Below, piece after piece: positions 33,044 through 42,495 of a DNA stretch of 42,993 nucleotides. Origin of the DNA: a virus (taxonomy: Duplodnaviria; Caudoviricetes). The stretch lies in the IMG/VR virus record IMGVR_UViG_3300044448_004019, positions 1-42,993 of that record; one strand, written 5' to 3'. Under the pieces are notes generated by a model. The model was not told the DNA's origin. It saw only the letters and a program-made list of their open reading frames with translations, and searched no databases. The translations under genes were made by a program, and so were the position numbers. Position 1 is the stretch's first letter, and each line of letters begins with the position of its first letter.

Positions 33044-35191
33044 GTGATGACCACAATCAACAGTAGCCCAACACCCGACGATGCACAACACTTTGTGCCT
33101 CTGATCTTGCGCAACAGTGCTCGCTGGTGCCGCTGGAACCTACGCAAGAATCGCCAGGGCAGTTGGACGAAAGTGCCAGACTGCCGCACGCTCGACGAGG
33201 CGTCGCAACGCAAGTTTGAGGAAGTTGCGGGTCCGACGCAGCGCGCACCCGACAAGTTTTCGGGCATTGGTTTCATCACAACCAACGGGGTCAAGACGCC
33301 GCGCGGCTACCTGATCGCGCTCGACTACGACAACTGCCGCGACCCAGAGACCGGGCAACTTAGCCCGTGGGCGCGCGATGCGCTTGCGGCGTTTGGTAAC
33401 TCGTTCACGGAAGCAAGCCCTTCAGGCTTTGGGCTGCGCCAGTGGGTGCTTGTCGACAAGCTGCCTCGCCGCAACATCAGCACGGTGCTGCCCATCGACG
33501 CTGACCCCGTGCCGGGCTGCGCGAAGCGCGTCGAGGTCCAGTTGTTTGGGGTCAACCAAGCAGGCGGGTTTGTCACAGTCACGGGCAAGCACCTTCCCGG
33601 CACGAACAAGGACGTCACGCGCGTCGACTTGGACGATCTGTTTCGGCATTTCGACTGGGTGCCAGACGAGAAAGCGCGACTCGATAGTCTGCCGACTAGC
33701 TCCGAGCCGGTGCCGTTTCGGAACGACATCGACCAGTTTGTAGCTGAGCAGCCGGACGGCAAAGCGCTTCTTGAAGGCCGATGGCAGTACGAGGACTCAC
33801 CCTACGCGTCGGCGAGCGACGCCTTCTGGGCGTTGGAAGTCATGGTGGCTAAGGCGTGCTTGGGGCACGGCGACGTGGCGCTGCAATACTTGCTGAACCA
33901 CACGGCGTGGGGCCGCGGGGACATCGAGAACAGCCTCGACCCTGGGCGCTACGGGCGCGAAGCGTGGGTAACCGCGGACCTGACGCGCGCGTTTGCCTAC
34001 TTGCAGGAGCAAGAAGACCAAGTTGTCGAGGCGTTTGGTGAGTTAGAAGAGCCGGAGCTAGACGCTCAAGTCGAGGCATCTAAAGAGGCTGCGGTAAAGG
34101 TGTCGCCGCTCTACAGCATCGAGCCGGTCCAGCCAGACTGGTCGACCATCCCGCCGCCGCGCGAGTATCTGCTGAACCGACCAGATGGTGTGGGGCTGCT
34201 GCCTCGCAGCAAGGTCGGGCTGTTCTCGGCTGCGGGCGGGACGGGCAAGACCACGGCGCTGATCCAGCTAGCCGTGAGCGTGGCTACCGGGCGCCCTTGG
34301 CTCGGGCACTTCCGCCTGGGCGAGACGTGCGGCAAGCGCGTGCTCTTCCTGATGGGAGAAGAAGACGCTGACGAGGCCGCACGCAAGCTCTATTTCGCCT
34401 GTGATAACATGGGGCTGGACGCCATCGAGATGGAAGCCGTGCGCCAGCGGGTGCTCTGCGTGCCGCTCGCAGGCCACGCGCTGCCGCTGCTAGATTCGGA
34501 GGCGAGCAGCACGGGTCACAGCACGGGGCTAGCTCAGCGTCTGGACGACGGCGAAGACTGGGGGCTGGTGGTGGTTGACCCGATCAGCCGCTTCGCTGGC
34601 GTTAACGTCGAGTCTGACAACATCTTAGCTACGCGCTTCGTGCAGGAGTTGGAGCGGTTTACGCGCGCTCCAGGCAACCCGACCGTGCTGGGCGTGGGCC
34701 ACACAAGCAAGCAAGCCAGGGCGCAAGGCTCAGCTGAGCAGCGAGGCGTGACGGGCTTGATCGACGCAGTGCGGTGGGGTGCTTCTCTACTGACGGTCGA
34801 TGACGGGCGTGTCCGGTTTGAAATGCAGAAAAACAACCTCGCCCCGCCGATGGACGAGCCGGTCATGCTGGTCCGCCAGGAGGGCGGCTACCTGACTGCT
34901 GAAGACGAGGTCCAGCGTCAGCAGCGTGAAGAGGCCGAGCGGGCGGCAGAGCAGGCGGACGACGCTCGCCAAGCGGATCGTCGAGAAGAACGAGTCAGCG
35001 GGCTGGTGGAGAGCGTGGTGACGGCGGTGGCCGACCATCCTGGCAAGACGGCGAACGAACTGGTGTCGCTCGTGGCGGGCAGGCGGTCGGACGTGCTGGA
35101 TGCGGTGCGACGGGCGGCCGCAGCACATCGAATCGTGTCGTCTGCTGACGGTCGCAGGACCATCTACCGGGTGGAGGATCTCCTTGGCTAA
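33044..35191 (+). CDS. Primase-helicase (AEP/prim-pol-like N-terminus, RepA/AAA_25 SF4-like helicase C-terminus)
   Basis: 'GIGF', 'LDYDNC', 'EASPSGFGLR' and 'FVTVTG'; Walker A 'AAGGTGKT', Walker B 'LVVVDP' and 'HTSK'. Confidence 0.88.
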   Translation: MMTTINSSPTPDDAQHFVPLILRNSARWCRWNLRKNRQGSWTKVPDCRTLDEASQRKFEEVAGPTQRAPDKFSGIGFITTNGVKTPRGYLIALDYDNCRDPETGQLSPWARDALAAFGNSFTEASPSGFGLRQWVLVDKLPRRNISTVLPIDADPVPGCAKRVEVQLFGVNQAGGFVTVTGKHLPGTNKDVTRVDLDDLFRHFDWVPDEKARLDSLPTSSEPVPFRNDIDQFVAEQPDGKALLEGRWQYEDSPYASASDAFWALEVMVAKACLGHGDVALQYLLNHTAWGRGDIENSLDPGRYGREAWVTADLTRAFAYLQEQEDQVVEAFGELEEPELDAQVEASKEAAVKVSPLYSIEPVQPDWSTIPPPREYLLNRPDGVGLLPRSKVGLFSAAGGTGKTTALIQLAVSVATGRPWLGHFRLGETCGKRVLFLMGEEDADEAARKLYFACDNMGLDAIEMEAVRQRVLCVPLAGHALPLLDSEASSTGHSTGLAQRLDDGEDWGLVVVDPISRFAGVNVESDNILATRFVQELERFTRAPGNPTVLGVGHTSKQARAQGSAEQRGVTGLIDAVRWGASLLTVDDGRVRFEMQKNNLAPPMDEPVMLVRQEGGYLTAEDEVQRQQREEAERAAEQADDARQADRREERVSGLVESVVTAVADHPGKTANELVSLVAGRRSDVLDAVRRAAAAHRIVSSADGRRTIYRVEDLLG

Positions 35192-35193
35192 GT

Positions 35194-35336
35194 GGTTCCC
35201 AGATTTGAGCGGGAACCTGTTCGGGAACCTCGGGAACCTGTCCCCCGCAACCTTCCCCCGAAGTGGTTCCCGACCACTAGGGGGTGCGGGGGTTTTTTCA
35301 TATATATGGTTAGCAGGTGGGAACCAGTTGGGAACT
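35194..35336. repeat. GGGAACC repeat cluster with AT-rich patch; putative replication origin
   Basis: Seven copies of GGGAAC(C) in both orientations, plus TTTTTTCATATATAT (35293-35307), right after the primase-helicase gene. Confidence 0.6.
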
Positions 35337-35341
35337 GAAGC

Positions 35342-35719
35342 ATGGTAAACGCAATGATTCTTGAGTGGCCGCGCACGGAGTGCTGGCCGAACCGGTCGAA
35401 GGGCAAGCATTGGACGGTGCTGGGCAAGGCTCGCAAGAAGCAGCGCCAGGACGCAGAACTACACGCCCGTTCAATTGGGCTGAAATTACCTGAGGGTCCA
35501 GTGACCGCGGTGCTCAGCGTGCATCCGCCGACGCGTCGCCGTTACGACCTAGACAACTTGCTTGCAGCTATGAAGGCGGCGATCGACGGGCTAGTCGCTG
35601 CCGCTGACCGTGATGACTCGGACATCATTGAAGTCAGGGTCCGAAAGTGTTCTGTCGCCCCGAAGTTCGTGGAAGGCTACGTCGTGGTCAGCTTCGAGCC
35701 GGATGACGGTAGCAACTAA
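35342..35719 (+). CDS. rusA: RusA-like Holliday junction resolvase
   Basis: 'RRRYDLDNLLAAMKAAIDGL...DDSDI'. Confidence 0.85.
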   Translation: MVNAMILEWPRTECWPNRSKGKHWTVLGKARKKQRQDAELHARSIGLKLPEGPVTAVLSVHPPTRRRYDLDNLLAAMKAAIDGLVAAADRDDSDIIEVRVRKCSVAPKFVEGYVVVSFEPDDGSN

Positions 35720-36704
35720 GCGTGGTAAAACTCAGCTGGTGGACATCCTCAAGCTACACCGGTTCGTAAAGCGGCTCATCTTGCGCCAAGACGAACAGCA
35801 GACCGTGCAAGACGCGACTCAAGCTGACGGCTGGGTCACGGCTAGCCGGATCGCTGACGGCGCAGTGACGGCGACCAAGCTGGCCGCGGACGCAGTCGAA
35901 GGCAGCAAGGTGCTGAACAGTGCGATCAACGCCGACAAGTTGGCGACCAGCGCCGTTACTTCAGCCAAGATCGCAGACGACGCTGTCACTACAGCCAAGA
36001 TTAACGCGGGCGCAGTCACAACGACTAAGCTTGGCGCAGATGCTGTCAACGGGACCAAGATTGCTGACGACGCCATCGGCAGCGAGCACATCGCGGACGA
36101 CGCTGTGGTTGCAGCGGCTATCGCCGACGATGCGGTAGGCAGTGCCGCCATCGCGGACGGCGCTGTCGACGCCGCGCGGCTCGCCACCAACGCGGTGACC
36201 ACCGTCAAGATCACGGACGCCAACGTCACGGCAGCCAAGCTAGCCGCGGACGCCAAGGTGAGCACGATGCTGGCCGTGGGCACCTCGACGGCGTCGGTCG
36301 CGAACACCACCATCTACGCATCGTGGGACACCTCGTCATCGGATGCGCTGGCGGACTCAACCAACAACATCGTCGTCAACGACAGCGATGCTACGCAGAT
36401 CGACATCTCTGCGGCGGGGCGCTACCAGATCGATTGCTCGTTCCGTATGAGCGGCAACAACCGCATCGAGGCGTTCTGTCGGACGTGGCTAGACACGGGC
36501 AGCGGGTTTGTGCGCCAGAGCATGCACACGGCTAGCAACTACTCTTCGCGTGACACCGACCAGAACACTGGCGTGGTCACGCTGAGCACCATCCTCAGCC
36601 TGAGCAGCGGCGACAAGCTCAAGTTCCAAGCCGAGGCTGACGCTGACGGCACAGCCAACATGGTTCTCAACGGCACTCTGCTGCGGATTATTCGGCACCC
36701 CTGA
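35703..36704 (+). CDS. Fibre-like structural protein with 14 decapeptide repeats and a C-terminal beta-sandwich (C1q/BclA-like) head
   Basis: Repeats of type VTxxKIADxA at 35835-36254; 'AGRYQIDCSF' and 'LSLSSGDKL'. Start placed at ATG 35703. Confidence 0.65.
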   Translation: MTVATKRGKTQLVDILKLHRFVKRLILRQDEQQTVQDATQADGWVTASRIADGAVTATKLAADAVEGSKVLNSAINADKLATSAVTSAKIADDAVTTAKINAGAVTTTKLGADAVNGTKIADDAIGSEHIADDAVVAAAIADDAVGSAAIADGAVDAARLATNAVTTVKITDANVTAAKLAADAKVSTMLAVGTSTASVANTTIYASWDTSSSDALADSTNNIVVNDSDATQIDISAAGRYQIDCSFRMSGNNRIEAFCRTWLDTGSGFVRQSMHTASNYSSRDTDQNTGVVTLSTILSLSSGDKLKFQAEADADGTANMVLNGTLLRIIRHP

Positions 36705-37183
36705 TGGCGACACCTAAAAAACAGCCCCACGAATTAAAGCGGCGTGGGAGACCAGCTGGCGACGTCACTTACGACCCGTTCGAACACATGGACGCGTTGG
36801 TCGAACATGTGTTGGGTGGCGGACTTATGGTGGATTACTGCCGTCCCGAGGGGCGCCCAAGCAGGGCTACAGTGCAGCGTTGGCGAGACCAGTTCCCCGA
36901 TTTCGCGAGACGTCTCGCGGACGCTAAGGACAAGGGGCTGGACATGATGGCTGAAGAGGTCATCTCAATCGCGGACGGGCGTGACTTCACGCCGATGGCT
37001 GACCCACGGCTCAGGGTGGACGCGCGCATCCGCATGCTAAGTCGGTTCTCGCATCGCTACGCAGAGAAGCGGCAGATCGAACAGACCGGCGACTCGCGGC
37101 TCATCGTGGTGACGGGCGTGCCTGAGCCTGAGCAAGTTGTCACGCAGCAAGTCACCATTCAGAAGAGCGAGTTGCTGGAATGA
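36704..37183 (+). CDS. terS: Terminase small subunit (Sf6-type)
   Basis: 'RGRP', 'PSRATVQRW...PDF' and 'RLRVDARIRMLSR...YAEK'; directly upstream of TerL. Confidence 0.85.
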   Translation: MATPKKQPHELKRRGRPAGDVTYDPFEHMDALVEHVLGGGLMVDYCRPEGRPSRATVQRWRDQFPDFARRLADAKDKGLDMMAEEVISIADGRDFTPMADPRLRVDARIRMLSRFSHRYAEKRQIEQTGDSRLIVVTGVPEPEQVVTQQVTIQKSELLE

Positions 37184-38544
37184 CGATTCAACTCGACTAC
37201 AAGCCGCGCGAGTGGCAGACGTGGTGTCACCGCGCGATGCGTCGTTTTAACGTGTGGGTGCTGCACCGCCGCGCGGGCAAGACTGAGCTAGCGATCATGC
37301 AGTTGATCCACTGCGCCATGCAAAGCAAGCGCGAGCTAGGCGCGTTTGCGTACATCGCGCCGCTGCTCAAGCAGGCGAAGCGCGTGGTGTGGCGCAGGCT
37401 CAAGCACAGGCTGCGCGACATGATCGTGAGTGGCATGGTCGAGGTTAACGAGTCTGAGTTGACCGTCACGTTCACGCACAATCAGGCTGCGATTAGTTTG
37501 TACGGGGCTGACAACCCTGACGCGCTGCGTGGGATCTACCTTGACGGCGTGGTGCTTGACGAGGTGGCGCAGATGGAGCCTGAGTTGTGGGACGAGGTCG
37601 TGCGACCCACGCTGGCTGACCGGCAAGGCTGGGGCATCTTCATCGGCACGGTCAAGTCGATCGACCTGTTCTACGACGTCTACGTGCGCGGCTTGGAGTT
37701 GCAGGACAAAGACCAGCCTGAATGGCGTGTAGCGTCTTGGACGTGCTACCAGACTGAAGCCATCATCGAGTCGGAGATCGAGTCGATGCGCGACGAGATG
37801 AGCGACGCTGCGTTTGAGCGCGAGATGCTCAACAACTGGGACGTGCAGGGCGACGATCAGCTGTTGTCGATCTTGGACGTGCGCGACGCCAGCCAGCGTG
37901 TGTATCGCCCAGGCGAGATTGATCACGCCCCCGTGGTGATCGGCGTCGACCCAGCGCGGTTTGGCAGTGACCGCAGCGTCATTGTGCGTAGGCAAGGGCT
38001 GCAGATGTTTGATCCGATCGTCAAGCGCGGCATGGACAACATGCAGCTAGCGTCGCTCGTGTCGCAGCAGATCGCACAACACGAGCCAGCCGCCGTGTTC
38101 GTGGATGCAGGCGCTGGAGCAGGGGTGATCGACAGGCTGCGGCAGCTGGGTCACACCGTCATCGAGGTGCCGTTCGGGCGCGCGGCAGACGACGACAAGC
38201 TGTTCAACAACCACCGCACCGAGATGTGGTGGCGCATGCGTGACTGGATCATGGCGGGCGGCGCTATCCCAGATGACGAAAAGCTGCGCATGGAGCTAGC
38301 TACGCCAACGTACAGCTACGACAAACGAGAGCGTCGAGTGCTGGAGGGCAAAGACGACATCAAGAAGCGTTTGCCCAAGGCAGGCTCGCCAGACCTAGCC
38401 GATGCGCTGGCTTGCACGTTCAGCGCCGTGGTCGACGGTCCACAAGACATGGTGGAAGACGAGTTGTATCGGACGTACGTGCCTGCCGGGAAAAGGCGTT
38501 ACGTCAGCCACAACCCGTATTCTAGGCTGAGAAATCGCACGTAG
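37180..38544 (+). CDS. terL: Terminase large subunit
   Basis: Walker A 'HRRAGKT', Walker B 'VVLDEVA', 'FIGT', nuclease 'IGVDPARFGSD' and 'SPDLADALA'. Confidence 0.95.
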   Translation: MTIQLDYKPREWQTWCHRAMRRFNVWVLHRRAGKTELAIMQLIHCAMQSKRELGAFAYIAPLLKQAKRVVWRRLKHRLRDMIVSGMVEVNESELTVTFTHNQAAISLYGADNPDALRGIYLDGVVLDEVAQMEPELWDEVVRPTLADRQGWGIFIGTVKSIDLFYDVYVRGLELQDKDQPEWRVASWTCYQTEAIIESEIESMRDEMSDAAFEREMLNNWDVQGDDQLLSILDVRDASQRVYRPGEIDHAPVVIGVDPARFGSDRSVIVRRQGLQMFDPIVKRGMDNMQLASLVSQQIAQHEPAAVFVDAGAGAGVIDRLRQLGHTVIEVPFGRAADDDKLFNNHRTEMWWRMRDWIMAGGAIPDDEKLRMELATPTYSYDKRERRVLEGKDDIKKRLPKAGSPDLADALACTFSAVVDGPQDMVEDELYRTYVPAGKRRYVSHNPYSRLRNRT

Positions 38545-38594
38545 AGGGGCCGGACCCACTTGCGGCCTGGGGTTAGGCACGGCATCTTTCAGCC

Positions 38595-39053
38595 GTGATT
38601 ATCCGCGAGGCTACGTCTGAAGATTGCCAAGCTGTAGCTCGGCTCGGTGCCGAGTTCGTAGGCAAGCTCAAGATGCCGCGGGTAGGCTCTGTCGACGCGA
38701 CTCGACTTGAAGCCACGTTTAACGCTGTGCATTCAAACCCTGACGGCGTAGTGCTCGTCGCAGAAGCTGACGGCGAAGTTGCCGGGTTCTTGCTCGGCAT
38801 GGCGCTGCCTTTGTGGTTTGACTCGCTAGACTGGTCCGCCGCGGAGCTAGCGTGGTGGGTTGACCCAAAGCATCGAGGCGGGTCGACGGCTGCGCGGCTT
38901 GTTCGTGCGTTTGAAGACTGGGCTAAAGACCGAGGCGTCGCGCGCGTTGTTTTATCTGACGTTGAGTTTGCAGACGCCGCCCAGCCCGCGGGTGCGTTGA
39001 TTGAACGTCTCGGCTACACGATGACTGAGCGGGCGTTTGCGAAAGCGATCTAA
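38595..39053 (+). CDS. GNAT-family acetyltransferase
   Basis: 'MIIREAT', 'VLVAEADGEVAGF', 'ELAWWVDPKHRGG' and 'ERLGY'. Confidence 0.85.
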   Translation: MIIREATSEDCQAVARLGAEFVGKLKMPRVGSVDATRLEATFNAVHSNPDGVVLVAEADGEVAGFLLGMALPLWFDSLDWSAAELAWWVDPKHRGGSTAARLVRAFEDWAKDRGVARVVLSDVEFADAAQPAGALIERLGYTMTERAFAKAI

Positions 39054-39055
39054 TT

Positions 39056-39394
39056 ATGGCGGCTCTAAGTACTGTTGCTCTTGTTGTAGGCGCGCTCGGC
39101 GCGGTTGGGGGCGCCATTGGCGCAGACCAATCTGCTCAGGCAGGTAAGCGGGCGCGTAAGCGTGGCGAAGCGCGGGCTAAAGGCGCGGCTCAGGTTGCCG
39201 AAGGGGAGGCGGCGTCTCAAGCGCGTCAGCAGCGCACAGACGCTATTCGGCAGTCGAAGGAAGCGCCTGACGTCAGCGCGCTGATCGCCGAGGCTGAGAA
39301 GCCCGCAGGCGCTGACTCAACATTCAAGACCGGACCCGCAGGACTCGGCGGTCAAGCCGGGCAAATGGGGCGTAACAAACTGCTCGGCCAATGA
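39056..39394 (+). CDS. Small virion-associated protein preceding the portal
   Basis: Hydrophobic Gly/Ala N-terminus and 'STFKTGPAG...KLLGQ' C-terminus, typical of the pre-portal gene of BPP-1-like phages. Confidence 0.6.
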   Translation: MAALSTVALVVGALGAVGGAIGADQSAQAGKRARKRGEARAKGAAQVAEGEAASQARQQRTDAIRQSKEAPDVSALIAEAEKPAGADSTFKTGPAGLGGQAGQMGRNKLLGQ

Positions 39395-41103
39395 CCCAAA
39401 CTCGCTACCGCGACCCACGTCCGCTCGTCTCGCGGATGGCGGACCGCTACAACTCGCTGCGCAACGAATACCATCAAGGGTGGCGCGCACACCACGAGGT
39501 GCTGAGCGAGAACTTCCTGCCGTTTGGTGGCCGGTTCTTCGTTCACGACCGCAACGTGGGCGACCAACGACACGGCTCAATCATCGACAGCACGCCACTC
39601 CAGGCTGTGCGAACGCTTGCTGCCGGGCTGATGTCAGGCGCTACGTCGCCTGCGCGGCCTTGGTTTAGACTGGAAACACGCGACACCGAGCTAAACGATT
39701 CAGCTGTCGTTCGTGGCTGGCTGACTGAGGTCGCGGAGCGGATGCGCGGCTGGATCAACGGGTCCAACCTGTATCACGCGCTGCACAACGCGTACGAAGA
39801 GATGGCGGTCTTTGGCACGGCTGTCCTGATTCTGCTGCCAGACGAAGAGAGTCTGTTCCACGCCTACCCGCTCACCGCGGGCCAGTACTACCTCGCAACC
39901 GACGCCAAAGGGGACGTCAACACTTGCTACCGCGAGTTCGAAATGACGATCGCGCAGTGTGTGCGTGAGTTCGGCTACGAGAACTGCAGCGACGAGGTGC
40001 AGCAGGCGTTTGACCACGAGGACTTCGAAGAGGAAGTCCACATCGTCCACGCCATCGAGCCGAACGACGACCGCTACGTTGAGGGCAGCGCGCTCAAAGA
40101 TCAGCTGAAGTATCGCAGCGTGTACTTCGAATACGCCTACAGTGGCGAACTGCAGCGGCGCAAGACGCCGTTGCGTGACGGCGGCTTTGACGTGTTCCCC
40201 GTGCTTGCGTTCCGCTGGAACGTGAGCGGCGGCGACATCTACGGCAACGGGCCGGGCATGGAGGCGCTGGGTGACGCGATCCAGTTGCAGCACCAACAAG
40301 AGCGCAAGGGTCAGGTGATCGACTACCAGACGCGACCGCCGCTGCAGATCCCGCCTGGGATGAAGCACAGCGAGGTTGACGCCGAGCCGGGCGGTCTGAC
40401 CACGACACCCAACGCAGGCCGTGAAGCTGGCGTGCGTCCGCTGTTTGAAACAGCGCTGGATTTGCGTGGCTTGCTTGAAGACATCAACGACGTGCGGGGG
40501 CGCATTAGGCGCACCATGTTCACCGACTTGTTCATCATGCTGCAGCAGATCGACAAGACGATGACGGCGCGCGAGGTCATGCAGCGCAACGAAGAGAAGC
40601 TGTTGATGCTTGGCCCGATGTTGGAGCGGCTGTTTGACGACGGGCTAAAGCCGCTGATCGACTTGATCTTCTACTACCTCGCCGAAGCGCAACTGCTGCC
40701 CCCGGTGCCGCAAGAACTGCAAGACACGACGCTGGACGTGGAGTTTGTGTCGCCGCTAGCGCAAGCCCAGCGCGGCATCGGCATCAACGCCATTGACCGG
40801 TGGCTGCAAACTGTAGGCGCAGTGGCGGGCATGAAGCCTGAAGTGCTCGACCTTGTAGACGCTGACGCCGTTGGCAAGCAGTACGCCACGATGCTGGGCA
40901 TTGACCCTGATCTGCTTGCAGACGAAGACGACGTTGCCGAGATGCGCGTCGCGCGTGCTCAACAGCAAGCTGCGATGGAGCAAGCTCAGGCGATGCAGCA
41001 AGTCAGCGCGTCTCAGAAAAACATGGCTGAAGCCGCACAAGCTGCGCCGATCGACGCCATTGACCAAGCTACGGGCTACACCAACCCCGGTGCCGTGCAA
41101 TGA
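39391..41103 (+). CDS. Portal (head-to-tail connector) protein
   Basis: 'LAAGLMSGATSPARPWF', 'YGNGPGMEALGD', 'MTAREV...EEKLLMLGPMLERL' and 'EFVSPLAQAQ'. Confidence 0.95.
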   Translation: MTQTRYRDPRPLVSRMADRYNSLRNEYHQGWRAHHEVLSENFLPFGGRFFVHDRNVGDQRHGSIIDSTPLQAVRTLAAGLMSGATSPARPWFRLETRDTELNDSAVVRGWLTEVAERMRGWINGSNLYHALHNAYEEMAVFGTAVLILLPDEESLFHAYPLTAGQYYLATDAKGDVNTCYREFEMTIAQCVREFGYENCSDEVQQAFDHEDFEEEVHIVHAIEPNDDRYVEGSALKDQLKYRSVYFEYAYSGELQRRKTPLRDGGFDVFPVLAFRWNVSGGDIYGNGPGMEALGDAIQLQHQQERKGQVIDYQTRPPLQIPPGMKHSEVDAEPGGLTTTPNAGREAGVRPLFETALDLRGLLEDINDVRGRIRRTMFTDLFIMLQQIDKTMTAREVMQRNEEKLLMLGPMLERLFDDGLKPLIDLIFYYLAEAQLLPPVPQELQDTTLDVEFVSPLAQAQRGIGINAIDRWLQTVGAVAGMKPEVLDLVDADAVGKQYATMLGIDPDLLADEDDVAEMRVARAQQQAAMEQAQAMQQVSASQKNMAEAAQAAPIDAIDQATGYTNPGAVQ

Positions 41104-41336
41104 CCGACGGCAACGGGTGGCCTGAGTACCGCGAGCTTGTAATGCGAGAACTTGAACGTCTGGCGACAGAAATTCGCCAGGAACGCGCCGATTTTAAACG
41201 CGACATGGAACGGCTCTACACGCGGCTGACAGACACCGAGAAGAAGCTCGCAACGCTAGAAGTGCGCTGCGGCATCTGGGGTCTGCTCGGCGGTGTCATT
41301 CCAGTCGCTACTGCACTCTTAGCTAAGCAACTGTGA
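41100..41336 (+). CDS. Small coiled-coil protein with C-terminal TM helix (holin-like candidate)
   Basis: Heptad-rich N-terminus followed by 'GIWGLLGGVIPVATALL'. Confidence 0.55.
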   Translation: MTDGNGWPEYRELVMRELERLATEIRQERADFKRDMERLYTRLTDTEKKLATLEVRCGIWGLLGGVIPVATALLAKQL

Positions 41337-41343
41337 CGTAACC

Positions 41344-41850
41344 ATGTCCAAAAATGACGACCTCGAACCTGACATCTCCAACCCGCAGACGGTCATCGTG
41401 AAGGACACCAAGACGCAACTGAGGTTGGAGCGCGAGCGCACGAAGGAAGCGCAAGCACGCTACCGAGCTATCGTGGCCAAGGAGCGCGCCGAGCGTGAAG
41501 CTGAGCGCGCGCTGCGGCGCGAGGAGATCAACCTGGAGCTAGCCAAGATTCGCCTCAACACCTCAGCCAGTGAGAAGGCGCGGACCAACCTAGCGCTTAC
41601 CACGCCAGCCATCCTCGTGCTGCTCATCGGCGGGTTCATCGCCATGCTAGGGTTTGGCGCGATCCCAGAGGACAGCGTCTCGGTTGCCTCAGCCCTGCTG
41701 ACTCTCCTGGTCACAGGGTTAATGACGAATCTCCGAAGTATTATTTCAGAGGGCAGCCCGACAGAAGAACCGAACGGCAACGGCAACGGGCACGAGCCTA
41801 AGCCGCCTGCTAAGAAACCCGACACCCCCAAACCCAAGGACACCAAGTGA
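41344..41850 (+). CDS. Two-TM membrane protein with charged coiled coil
   Basis: 'AILVLLIGGFIAMLGFG' and 'VASALLTLLVTGLM'; Pro/Lys-rich tail. Confidence 0.7.
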   Translation: MSKNDDLEPDISNPQTVIVKDTKTQLRLERERTKEAQARYRAIVAKERAEREAERALRREEINLELAKIRLNTSASEKARTNLALTTPAILVLLIGGFIAMLGFGAIPEDSVSVASALLTLLVTGLMTNLRSIISEGSPTEEPNGNGNGHEPKPPAKKPDTPKPKDTK

Positions 41851-42077
41851 AGAAGCTCTGCGCTGTAGCGGCCCTCGTGCTGCTCACCGGCTGCGAGGGA
41901 ATCAGCGTCGCTGATGCCTACGTGAAGGCCGACCAACTGACCTACGACGCAATCGCGCCGTCTTACCGCGCCTACGTGGAAGCTGACGAGAAGCTTGACG
42001 CGCCGTCGAAGGCTTCGCGTATGCGTCTCCTCGAAACCTGGAAGCTTCGTATCGAAGCCAACACCAAGAAGAAGTGA
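41847..42077 (+). CDS. Predicted lipoprotein
   Basis: MKK, a hydrophobic core and the lipobox 'LTGC'. Confidence 0.7.
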   Translation: MKKLCAVAALVLLTGCEGISVADAYVKADQLTYDAIAPSYRAYVEADEKLDAPSKASRMRLLETWKLRIEANTKKK

Positions 42078-42358
42078 TGTCTGACCTCACCCCAAACGTG
42101 CAAGAGCTTGCCGAGCAACTCAAAGCCTCTGTGACCGACCCGGCTAAGCAAGAGATGCTGGCCGCGATCGCTAGCGACGCAAGCCGCATCGCGGTGCTCG
42201 CGCTTACCAACCCGCATGCCGCGGAAGAGGAAGTCGCGATCGTCAAGGCCACGATGGCCAACATCGGCCAAGCTGAAGCGGCCAACGCCGTGCAAGCGGT
42301 CACCGACTGGGTCACCGAGACGGTGGGCCGGGTCATGTCTAAGGCGCTCCCTGTCTAG
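42077..42358 (+). CDS. Hypothetical helical protein (~93 aa)
   Basis: TGATG coupling to the lipoprotein gene. Confidence 0.65.
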   Translation: MSDLTPNVQELAEQLKASVTDPAKQEMLAAIASDASRIAVLALTNPHAAEEEVAIVKATMANIGQAEAANAVQAVTDWVTETVGRVMSKALPV

Positions 42359-42366
42359 GAGGAACT

Positions 42367-42495
42367 ATGCCCAAGGTTGGAAAGAAGACGTACTCGTACA
42401 CCCCCGCTGGCAAGAAGGCTGCGAAGAAGGCAGCCAAGAAGACCGGCAAGAAAGTCATGTCCGCCAAGAAGGGCGGCAAGAGAGGAGGCTACTAA
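42367..42495 (+). CDS. Small Lys-rich basic protein (42 aa, MPKVGKKTYSYTPAGKKAAKKAAKK...)
   Basis: Hand-translated; strong SD AGGAGG; TAATG coupling to the next gene. Confidence 0.8.
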   Translation: MPKVGKKTYSYTPAGKKAAKKAAKKTGKKVMSAKKGGKRGGY

